Shown here piece after piece: positions 12,213-26,249 of a stretch of DNA of 64,000 bases (the first letter of the stretch is position 1; every line of letters begins with the position of its first letter). Below the pieces are notes generated by a model. That model did not search any database. It saw only the letters and a list, made by a program, of their open reading frames with translations, and had not been told where the DNA came from. The translations under genes were made by a program, and so were the position numbers. This DNA is from Ancylonema sp. (Eukaryota), in NCBI GenBank assembly GCA_050230475.1, contig JBFLGF010000149.1, forward strand, positions 1 through 64,000, read 5' to 3'.

Positions 12213-13954
12213 CTATTTTGGTGAGTGACAACGTGCATTTCAGTTCACTCTCTATCCTTGCATGGGGAATCTGGATTGGAGGATTGGGAAATCTGGATAG
12301 CGATGCCTTTATCGTTAGGGCAATCTAGAGGGACAAGAACGTGGTACTTCAGTCATGCGAGTTACTCAAATGCCGAAGCAACTTAGATGTCAATCATGTG
12401 GTAAGTGGTTTTTTTTTTGGGCTGAAATGGATACCCCCAAAAAGTCTTGATAAGAGTCATCGAGGATGTAAAGGTTGACTATACATAAAAATCCGGCTGG
12501 AAAGTTGACTAAATTGAAGGCACGACCCTTGAATGCTACATACCAAAGCATACCATGCCATGCTGTGCCACATTGAAATCCTTGTCGCTTGACCTTGAAT
12601 GAAAACGTAGAGTAAAGAGAACACAACTCAAAGTCCATGATAATATTGATCGTCGTTATCCAGTAGTTGGACCCATAGTTACCCGAACCGGCAAAATCAA
12701 ATCTTGGAACCGAGGTCCGCCCCGGTCCGATATGCGGACCGGGACGGACCGCGCGGTTCTTAGGTTTTTTTTTTGGCGGATATTTTCTAAGAGGCGTTTT
12801 GCGGGTTTTTTATTATTATTATTATTTATTTTTATTTTTTATTTTTTATAGCGTTTCACCTAGGCACCACTTGTGACACGTCTAGTGTTTAATACATTTC
12901 AAAAAGTATATAGAAAGGAGGCATAAGGTTGGATGGATACTACAAAAACAAACATTCATTATCTGGTGGAAAATTGTATCAAAAACTTGAGGTATGCGTG
13001 GAAGAGGCAAATGCATAAATAGTCAAAAGTAGTAGTTTGCCGAAAAATTATGCATGTGATGTGTACGTGTATATAAGAGTTTAATTACACAGTTGTTTGA
13101 TGACTATGGTGAATGATAGGGTATATTGATTCGTTGAAACTTGCAACTTGGAAAATATACAATGTTCACTTTTGGTTCACTTTTGGATCAATAATCGTTT
13201 TGTAACATTGCAACCGCTCTTAATCACATGTGAGCAATGCTGAAAATTAGTACATGAGAATATGGTAAAAGATGTCATCAAATGTTTTTTCCTTAGTGCT
13301 AATAACGGGAGCAACAAGTACTTGGTCAAAATTTCCGAAAAAGGGAGTGAGTACGTTGGTTTTTGGGTTTTCTTTTTTGATGGCTTGGCCGACTATTTTA
13401 TCTCAATCAGCCAGCCTGGCGTTTGAACTGCCGCACGTGTTAAATCTAGAACTCTAGAATAGAATGTCACGATTAGTTGTCTAGTCGATATTTGTTTTCT
13501 ACCTTAGATCAAGATAGGATCTAGATTACCGCGCGTGTGAAACGGCGCGCCGATTGTACTAAAGCCTAAGTCGCTTTCTGAACTACCAACTTCCGCTGTC
13601 AGTTTACGCTGTCTGAATTTCAACAACTCTTTGCAATCGCCATCTTTGCAATCTCTGTGAATTCGTGTAATCTGCAATTGTCAACAATGTTATCAAGTGT
13701 GCGTTTCGCCTTTGATATTCTCTGTGAATTTTTGCAAACTTCACGTCGCTCCATCCAGCCGTAAGTTATGTGAAATTGCCTGTTTGCTTGTGCGTGCTGT
13801 CGCATCTCAAGTAGTACAAAAAGCCGTGTGCCGTTTTGCATACGCATTGTGTGAAATTCTGCCGTAGTCAGAATTATCGTTACCCTTGCAAAATCGTGAC
13901 CCTTGCAAGTCGTTGATTGTCAACCGTTTTGCTGACGTCAGCATATCGTTACAA

Positions 13955-14920
13955 TTAGCTGACTAGGCCAGGGTTACCTTCTACCAAAGACACAATATCT
14001 GAGTCACCTAATAACCCCGCTAATGACTTTACAACCTGGTTTAGACGAGCAAGTGAGATATTTAATAGAACATGATTTTTTTCCAAAGAAGACACCACAT
14101 CCACTATGCCAAGTTCCTCATGCTCACAAAGCCTTGCCTCAATTTCTGCAAGTTCAAACTTGAGAATTTTGTGGTTTGCGGCTAGCATTCTATATAGGTT
14201 ATTCACACCTATTATTTCCAAGAATAGAAGTAGGTCATGTAGATCATTTACGTCTCTGCTAATCGAAAGCTTTCCAGAGAAGAGAATCTTGCGAAGGGCA
14301 AAATCTTGTACCCCAAAGCTTTTAAACAGGCCAATCATGATCCTTAATTCTTCAGAGCAGTCTTGCTTCAACAATAGATCATGGCATCTTAACATTTTCA
14401 CCATTTGTCGTGGCGAAGCTATTTCAAGCAATGCCTCTATGTTTCCTGGTATGGAAGACTCGTCCAGCTCGTACGCGAACTTCTTTGCAAGAATGTGTAA
14501 AACGAGCTGAGTTTGTTCGTCCATGGTGTTGTGTATCATCTCGCTTCCAGCATGCGTCACGGCCAAGACTCCACTCATACTCAATTGGCCACTATGCTTC
14601 AAAGGTGAAAACGTACAACATCTTGTCACCATCCTTCTCGCAATGATCGGGGGAGTAGCCCGCTTCTGCGCCTCACAAAGTACTAGCTTGCTGAGTCTTT
14701 CAAGGGAAGATGAACACCTTTGGTGCAGTTGGTAGAGGTGCAGTCTAGGCAGCTCGTCCGCGCGGCACGAGGCTACTAGTGATAATCGAGTGGGGCAATT
14801 ACAGTTTGGGTGCGCATAAGGCAGGACGCGGATATCCCTCATAGCCATTTGCGGGATCGTAAAAGATGCCAGCCCCTTAAGAATATAAAACATGCAAGCC
14901 TCCGCGACCGATCCTGTCAA
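13955..14920 (-). CDS. mTERF-like helical-repeat organellar protein
   Basis: 321-aa ORF with an R/S/C-rich targeting-like N-terminus and ~32-35-aa Leu-rich repeats (FLEIIGVNNLYRMLAANHKIL; ELGIVDVVSSLEKNHVLL; LLGDSDIVSLVEGNPGLV). The true start is probably an ATG downstream of the ORF edge. Confidence 0.6.
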   Translation of the reverse strand: MTGSVAEACMFYILKGLASFTIPQMAMRDIRVLPYAHPNCNCPTRLSLVASCRADELPRLHLYQLHQRCSSSLERLSKLVLCEAQKRATPPIIARRMVTRCCTFSPLKHSGQLSMSGVLAVTHAGSEMIHNTMDEQTQLVLHILAKKFAYELDESSIPGNIEALLEIASPRQMVKMLRCHDLLLKQDCSEELRIMIGLFKSFGVQDFALRKILFSGKLSISRDVNDLHDLLLFLEIIGVNNLYRMLAANHKILKFELAEIEARLCEHEELGIVDVVSSLEKNHVLLNISLARLNQVVKSLAGLLGDSDIVSLVEGNPGLVS

Positions 14921-15038
14921 CCTGCACCAGAGGCCTCAAGATCACGCAGAGGGAAATTTTAGGTGCACGTGCTGATGATACACAGATGCAATACCCAAAC
15001 ATGTCTTCGATATCATTTTTCGGTATGGCCCATACCGC

Positions 15039-15162
15039 AAAACCTAAAACCCAAAACCCAAAACCCAAAACCCAAAACCCAAAACCCAAAACCCAAAACC
15101 CAAAACCCAAAACAAAAATCCCAAAAAAAAACCCCCAAAAAAACCCCAAAAAAACCCAAAAC
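15039..15162. repeat. Telomere-like tandem repeat (CCCAAAA)n
   Basis: About 10 near-perfect AAAACCC units followed by A/C tracts. Confidence 0.9.
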
Positions 15163-15730
15163 TCAGGGGAGAGAGACCGCGCTCTGCATTTCTCAACTTA
15201 TGTGCGAAGTTCCCGGTACGGTGAGTTCTCAATATGTATTCATCTTCGATATATCAATTTACTCGACATGGTCACCAAATCGCACCCCGCCAAAAAAGGG
15301 TTGGGTTTTCAAGGTAAACACCCTAACGACTTGTAAATAACCCTACAAACTTAAAAGTCATCATAAACTTCTTTTCTTTATTATCGACAAAAAAGGTGTT
15401 TTCGGGGGCAAATCCTATCATTTATGTTGCCTAATGTAAGTTGCCTTGGCTTCATCATCCAACTCAACGTGTGTGATGTATACAAGCCATACAAGTGCGT
15501 ACTGAGGCCAATACATGGCGAGTAGCCAAATTTATCGAGACAAACTCACAAAGAGAGTTGGGGAAGTATTAAGTCGTAAGAAGCAACAAAGAACTCGCAA
15601 ATTTTGTTGCACATGGAGTTAAAAAATGGTCATAGACAAACATGGAGAAATTTAATAATCCAAAATTAAACACCTTAATTAAGGATATTTAATTGCTATA
15701 GTTTTAAGGTACCCCAACCCTACCGCCAAA

Positions 15731-16133
15731 CATAAGTAGTACCCGAAACGGGTCAAACCTTTTTGCGGACACGTCCGGAACACTTCCGTTGGCGGACGCG
15801 TCCGCGACTTCCGCGAAGGCAAAGCGTTCAGGTACATGGGTGTTGTTAACCGAATCAATTGACGGCCGACGAAGATGTTTTTGTTCTTCAGTCCCGAGAT
15901 CCTACAATCTATAGGATACCGCTCAACTATAAGACGTGATCTTAACGTCCATACCACACGCATTTTATAGGAAAAAAATATGGACGGGGTCTACGGGGTG
16001 TGAGAAAAAAAAACCATGAACCCCCCAACACTACCAAGTACCCGGACGTCCACCGGGAATCGGCGTCCTAAAGACGTCTCTAGCGGTCGCGTCCGCGACG
16101 TCCGCGTCCGCAAAGCGTCGGGGTACTACTATG
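15731..16133. mobile_element. hAT-type MITE
   Basis: TIRs CATA(A)GTAGTACCC / GGGTACTACTATG with a perfect 8-bp TSD CCGCCAAA (15723-15730 and 16134-16141). Confidence 0.85.
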
Positions 16134-18858
16134 CCGCCAAATGACCCCTGCGTATTACAATGAAACTTCGAAGTACAACCCCGATAGACAGGGAATTTAT
16201 GAGAAGTGAGAAGCCGATATAAGAAGTTGGGTGTCTAAACTGACTTGCTTTTTTTTTCTTTTTCTTTCTACAATGAGAAACTTTTTTATCGGCTCTTTCT
16301 TTCCCCACGTCTACTCTCCCCATATTTGACCACGGAATACGAAACCATTATGTCCACTCTTACTCAAAGCAATATGACAAGAAAATAATCTACACGATAT
16401 TAAAACCAATTTTTTTTTAATCTTGCGGCAGCACACTCAAGTGGGATTCATACATGATAAAATAAACATTCAAAATCCCCCCATTAAAAGAAAAACCTCG
16501 GTTTTTGTAGCATGGTTTAGGTTTTTTGTGAACACGTACTCACATCTGATGATCCATCCTCCCAGAAAAGAAACAAACAATAAAAAGGGAAAAAAAAATC
16601 GAATTTTTGCTGATAACATCATTTCCAATAATATTTGTAAACCCTACATATATCGTCACGGTAATGGGGGTAGGACCCATTCCCTTCAATGTGTCCTTGT
16701 TGTACTCGTTCAATACTCTCTACTTTCTTGAATGTTTTTACCATACTATCCCATGCGTATATGAAAGTCCAACATCGTATTAGGTGCGTCTTCTTAAGCA
16801 CATGTTGATTGTACAGAATCTTTGGGCTAGACCCTGTTCCGATGTTAAGATGGGATATGCATCACCGTCTGCTTTCTTTCGACTCAACGGCCTCGGAAAA
16901 AGGATGATATTCGTATACAACTCGCGTAAAGTCTCAAAAGAAAAACTTTCAACATCACCACTTCCAACTAATCGTTGAATGTTGTGTTGGTTTTTAACAA
17001 TATAACCTTATCCCCACGCGTATTTACCTACCGAATCAAAAACCTAAGCATTTTGCCGAACACATGCATACAATCGAGAAGAATACAATGATTGCAATAA
17101 ACTGGATTTACATGCACATATAATTGTGGTCTCTTAATAAAACAAACTAACATTGTACATTGTATATAATAGTACTCAATAGTTACATAATCATGTTGTT
17201 GGGTAATGTACAAAAGATCGATTTCCAGAATAAAATAGTTAAAAACAAAATACACTATTTACGGATGGTTGCACAACGGCTATTGGATAAGCCATTATCA
17301 CTGACCCCGCTTTATTATCACAACAATATGTCACAGCTCCCACCGGCCAGCAAACAACCGCAGCCACAAGCATACACAAGAAGGCCGTGGTGGGACCGAC
17401 AATCTGCAAGAGACGGACAACACTCACGAGGATGGCGTGAATTTCCACCATAAATACAAGTCTCACATGTGCAATCGTCTGTTCACTCCGCTTTTTAACT
17501 AAAACACACAATGTCTTTGAATACTACCCCAACATTACCACAATGTGAACAATAAATTTGTGTTTCTTGTAATATAAACAATCTACATGCCTCATTTGTC
17601 ATGCCGCTAGCAACCGACTTGGAATAATGACCATGTCACGTAGCTCATCATGATAGCTGATAGCTGATTTATTACTTTTTGCTCTTCTCCGTGTTTCATT
17701 CAAAAGAAATCAACTCTGTCAATCTTGTGTCGGCGGTTATCACAAACCGCAAAATTCTACACTTTTATGTAGAAGTAGAGAAAACTTTGCCTTATACCAC
17801 CTCTTTATAAATATTATGCATAAGTCTGACATGACAAACAATTTCTGGCCCATTCTGTGTAGATTACTACACCTACATTGAATTTGTAATGATTATAGAA
17901 TGATGAAGTTGGTTTATTTAGTCCCTGTATGCCGGACAGACAAGTCTTAATAATTCAAGTCAATATCAACAGACATGGAGGTATGACTCAGAAGTCTATC
18001 CACCACTCAACCATGAAAAACGGCGAGGTATCCAGAATTCAAATTTATCATTTTTTTGTTTTCGGTATTCATTTATGGTCTGAATCTTACCTTACAACGA
18101 CATGGGCTGTCAGGAGACCCGCATTCAATGCATATTGGCAGAAAGAGGCACGACATAGCTGCAAACACACATGATTGTTTGTGAGTCACAGGATTGTGCA
18201 AATTCGGCGAAATCTATCTGATGATACTATCGTACTCGTACTGTCCACATTGGCACTCTCGACCCCACCTCACATACTGATGCCTACAAGCTGAAAACAA
18301 CACAGAACATACTGTACATAATAGAACAAAGGAGTCTCATCTCACTTCGTCGTGGCTTGAAGTTGGAAAAAGACTACTTGAGAGCAAAAATAAAATCACT
18401 TTGAAAAGGGAGTTACTGCAGCAGATAGACACGCCACAACAATACATTACATGCGAAGGCGACTAGGTCTGTGTGTTAGTAGTTACTAATCCCCACTCTC
18501 TTTGAACAGTGAGAATCAGCAGAGCGAGCGAAAATAGGACATGTAGATACACAGATTTCTGGATGGTGACATACATATTGGGATACAGATCCGTAAAAAT
18601 ATGAGCTCCTCGCTCATGCGAACTCGAAGCAAGCGTAAATGCCTCAATTATTGAGGTTTGTCAACAGGCATGTTTCAAACACTCGAGCCGCGTGCGATTT
18701 ACCTGCAGCTTTAAGTCTCTTCAAGCTTGAATAGCGAGTTGAAGTCAACTTCAAGTCCAATGAATGCAGAGGAGGCTAGATGACTGCACAGATGGTTGCG
18801 GGCGCTTAATCTGCCATCTCGTGATTTCCTACTATATTCGAATATCTTAATTCAATCC

Positions 18859-19292
18859 CACGTGGACGGAGAAGGTTCTCGACAGGCAGGTCCAGTAGAC
18901 ACAAAATAAGTAGGACTGGAACAAAGCCGTCAAGGTTACATATGAAAAGTGCACGTGGGTTTTAAAACGCATAAGCTTCTCTTTAATATTTGCGCACGCA
19001 AGTGACGGGTTCTATGTGTAACAAATGTCCGCGTTCGAAAGTTCGAAAGCTGTTCCACTTCGCGTCTGCAGCCTAGTCCTAGTCGGGGAAGCCTTCACGG
19101 ACCCGCGTACCCGTCCCACGTCTACGTGGCAGAATATGAACCCTCATGCCACGAGGCAGTTTGTGATCGACCCTAGTGGCTGCGTGTTCGAAACCAGTCA
19201 AATGCGCGTGATTCTCAAATTTTCTGCGATGGGCGGGAGGCGACACGGGGGCACACAGATGTACGATGTATGTACCTTCCTCCTTACGTGGC
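18859..19292 (+). promoter_or_regulatory. ABRE/G-box cluster upstream of the LEA-like gene
   Basis: CACGTGG at 18859 and 18952, and ACGTGGC at 19124 and 19286, all within 650 bp of ATG 19502. Confidence 0.6.
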
Positions 19293-19501
19293 AGACACTT
19301 CCTTCGCTCCCAGTCAGCGTGGCTGGATTTGTTGTTGGCAGCTTACTCTTAGCGGGGCAGTCTGTATCTGAAGTAAATAGACGGATTACTGCAATTCTCG
19401 AAGCAATCTAGTATCATAACCGGAAGCACGTATTAGTGATCATATAACCTACATCGTCGTTACAACTCCTATTGTGTGCCCGTTAGTTTGCAACCTACAC
19501 G

Positions 19502-21566
19502 ATGGCGTCTCAGCAAGCTGTAATCAGGCCAACCCAGGAGGAGGTACTACAACTGACGACCCCTGAGCCTAATGACAGTGAAGGATGAAGGGTACAAACA
19601 CTGTCCCACTTTCATAAATATTTTTGCGCTTTGCTCAAACACTATTTTGCTGCCTGTGGGCCCTGTGTAGGGAATTCGTAGTACTCTCGATAGGGTACTT
19701 TTGATTGGGGATGAATATGGGCAGGTTTTTTTAATCTACACTCATGATAAAAGGCAATATTTTGCAGGTAGAGGATACCATCATCGCCAATAACATTACC
19801 GACTACAGAAATGCAGCCGTGGCCAGATCCAACGAGGCAATCGAGGTATGAACTTGCTGCCGGTCTGTATATCTGACGCAGCCTATCCATTAGAATGGTG
19901 CCCTCTGTACGGAATGCTCCATTATCAAAATACCAAAATATTTGGTACCAACATATGGATACACAGTCAGAGCTCTGCACCACCAATTATGTTTCGCAAA
20001 TGGCTTTTAATTTATATTCCTTACCTAAATTAACTATGAATATTCAACCGTTTGCTGCAGTCTGCCCAGGACCGTTACTCTTCTGTTCAGGCGACTCGGC
20101 CAGAGGCACCAGTTGCTGTTCAGGCGACTCGGACAGAAACACCAGTTGCTGCAACGGTGAGAAGAGAGGTGCAACTAAAGTGAACCTGTATTGTGCATTT
20201 CATGCGCTGTGCAAATTTTGTGCAAATGACGTGGGAGAATCGAGGTTGGTTCGATTGAACTGACTTTCGGGTGGCGGATGTTTGCAGGCCAAGGTCGACA
20301 CCTAGACAGCTGCCAGCGCCGGCACTCAAACTGTCACCAACAAACTGCAGGGTATGAGCGTGACAGCGAAAGAGGTGGTAAACAGCGCCGCCAAAACGCT
20401 CACCGAAACGCTTCACTACGGGTATGATTCTGTTCCAATCCTGATGTTGCAAATAAATCCTGCTGCTCTTGCTATAATTACGGTTGTTTTTATGCACGCA
20501 TGAATCTGTTCATATTTTGTCCGTGCAAAAATAGCTGTTCGATATGTTTTTGGTATTTGCAGAAGTTATCATCTCTAACAATCTCTCTCCGATTGTCTTC
20601 TTCTATTCCCCACTCATGTACAGTCGTGAGAAGGCTGTGGAAAACATCAGAATTGCTCAGGAGAACACAGCTCTGCTGGCTCAGCGCGCCAAGGACAATG
20701 CTGTGGCTGCTTCTGCATCCGCATACCACGCCTCCAAAGACACCACAGTGCAAGGTCTAATAACCGTCGGCCACCACGCGGCAGGTGTCACTTCTGGGGT
20801 TGTGGAAGGTATCCAAGACCATATGGGGGTGGAGCGTATCAACAAGTCCGCCACAGGATCCGACAAAATCGACGCAGCTGCGGACAACACGGCCCCGGGA
20901 GCAGCTACCAAAGATTATACGAAGTCGACAACGAAATCCGCTCTGAAAGTAGTGGGGGACTACGTTTCGCACGGTGTGGATTTGACCAAGCATGCCGTCG
21001 GTGGGGTCTCGCAAGGAGTGTATGAAGGCTTGGGAGGGGCGCCGTACAAAGACGGGACAATCCTGGAGGAGGGGCAGAAGATTACCCCTGACATAGCGGA
21101 AGAAGTGCCGAGGCAGGCACAGCATCACATGCAACACCCCGTCGGGAAGAAAGCGCACGAGACGACTACTTCTATCATGCAAACCGCGACTGGTTACGTG
21201 GCTCATGGAGTGAACGTCACCAAGGAGGCAGTTGGAGGAACGATTCAGGGCTTGACTGAACACGTGAAGAAGGGCACGGATAGCAAGCCTTCGCCTGCTA
21301 TTGGTAGCTCCATTGGAAACTCGCAGGAAAGAGGTGTGGTCGGGTTGGACTCGGACGTTCGCGCATATGATGCGCAGAAGCAGGAGACAATCGCTGCTGT
21401 GGAGAATGCTGCGCAGAAGATGGCTACCCATGCCGACTATGCGCATGGCAGAGTTGCTGCTGCCCTCACAGACAGGGTAACCCCCGAAATGGCGCCAGCT
21501 CAAGTGTTACCTCCGCAACCAGTTCAAGTGTTACCCTCTCCTTCAGGTATTGATGTTACATGGTAA
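19502..21566 (+). CDS. LEA-like hydrophilic Ala/Thr/Gly-rich repeat protein, 5 exons (in-frame TAG at 20303 unless the alternative acceptor is used)
   Basis: Exons 19502-19543, 19768-19845, 20061-20156, 20288(or 20306)-20421 and 20624-21566 are phase-compatible. Internal repeats YVSHGVDLTKHAVGG and YVAHGVNVTKEAVGG are present. Confidence 0.7.
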
Positions 21567-22802
21567 AAAGAACTGTAGCTTGCACTACAAACATCTCCTG
21601 TGTGTACAACTGCTTCTTATGTGATGAAAAGGTCTCTGACTATATTTAGGCTTCTTCAGGTTTTTTTAGGGGGTTTGTACTTAGATGATTAATAGTGCCA
21701 AGATAGTGAAATTGTAATGCACATCTACAGCTGCATGGTAATGAATCAGTAATCGGCATTCCAGATGAAGTAAGCCGTTTCTAACATTCTTCCTATGCTT
21801 TTTGTGTGATGCGCAGTGTATGTGTGAAAAGAAGATGGTATTTGTTTACTGGCTCCAAGTTTACCGCAAAGGATATAGAAGAAATGGAAAGTATGGTTGT
21901 ACAGTATGGTTGTACAGCGTGGACAGGACGGAGTGTGGAGGGGGTAGGAAGTGGCAAGTATGGAGATTTGTTGTATCATATGCAAATTGCAACTTCGATT
22001 GATTAATATTAGAAGTTGTATCATGTGGAAAATAATGTTGAAAATGGAACATGATTACAGATGCACAATGTTAATATGTTTACCTTCTCTTTATTTTATG
22101 TCAACATTTCAGTTTTTAAATTGCCTTCATGGTACGTATCAAAATAATAAAAAATATTATTAAATAAATATGAAAAATAACAAGCAAACGTGTTCAACGT
22201 GTATAATCTTATACAACGATATATCATTCATATACATTTTTCTCTTTTAGACAAATCTACAATATTTTGAACAATGTATTCTTATACAAATGGTAAAAAT
22301 TGATGATTATAAATAGCCATATACAATTCGGTTATGTTGGACATAAGTAACAACCATATAAAGTATCTTCACACAGCATATCGTAACGCCGTAAAATGCA
22401 TGCAATTGTTATACATGCTAAAAAACACTGTAATCCATTTTGTAATGTTAAATCTAGAGCCAATTCTGACTATTCATCATAATGACAATCAACTATTTAA
22501 CACTCGGGTCTTTAACACTGAACCACATTACTACCCCAGCACCCTATTATTGTAACATGAAAACTTACAATCAAAAGAACGAAAATCACATTACCAAATC
22601 TTGGTAAATATATTTGGAATTAGTAACCTAACCAAATGTCCATTCAAATCAATATCACAATCTTGCAACATAAACATTGAGAGAGAAAAATTCACATCTG
22701 TAAACAAATAAAGAATGTGGCACAATAAAAACCAACATCATCATCCATTTACTGTCCATACATCTACCCATTCGACACAGTTGACACTTCAACCATTACC
22801 AA

Positions 22803-25438
<2,636 letters not shown>

Positions 25439-26249
25439 TCTAACCGATCCGCGGTTGGCCGGAGGAGGTTATACGATCACAGGTGCGCTAAAGACGCGGA
25501 AGCTGCAGCTGGTAGGTGACAACCGAAAACTTGGGATGTCGCCTGGCCGTTGAGACGATTCGGAGCTTCTTTATGCCATCTAGCAGCAGAAAACCGTCTT
25601 CGCACAGCAATTTGCTGTCAATGTCGTAATGTCCAGCGAGCTGCTTCCCCCGTTGTACATCCTTCTGGGTGCTGAAGGGCGTCGACGAGAAGAGCTAGCC
25701 AGGTCTTCACCTGAGAATGTTATTCCGAGGTCCCGACGGGTACCCGACCAACCTGCTTCTTGTTTTGAAGATTTTGATGGGCTCCGAGCTCTGAATCCAG
25801 GCCCCGAGCTCGGCTCCTGGCTCGGCCTCAACCCCGAAAAAACCCCCAAAAAAACCCCCAAAAAAACCCGAAAAAAACCCGAAAAAAACCCTTTTGAACT
25901 CCGAACTCCGGGCTGGGCTCTGGGCTCCAGGATTAAGCCCTTGGATTTCGGAGCCCAGACCGTTCGGCTGGGCTCCCCGCGCCCCTCCAAACCGCACCCC
26001 TCCAAGCCGTGAACCGGAAGTTGCATCTGTTGGAGATCTAAAACGTTAATTCCTGCATTTCGCAGTTTTCCACAGACATTCACCCCGCGGCAGCACGCGT
26101 ACGTCACATAACTTTCAAGGGTCGAGACAGTTTTGCAATGCCTACCATCGCACTTAAAAAAAAAGAATCACTAAACACCATGACAAACTACTAAGGGAGT
26201 ACTATACAGTAGTAGACGTTCGGCTAGTTACTCACTCGTTACTCCTCAT

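Noticed and set aside
14877..15340. ORFs with FWVLG / PKTQN repeats
   Set aside because: Translations of the (CCCAAAA)n repeat.
16600..17500. Possible decayed transposase or gene
   Set aside because: All frames are interrupted and I could not identify a motif.
721..20305. TAG reassignment suggested by two in-frame TAGs (724 and 20303)
   Set aside because: ELIP, RPL27 and the 61345 ORF end at TAG at plausible C-termini, and long ORFs lack internal TAGs.
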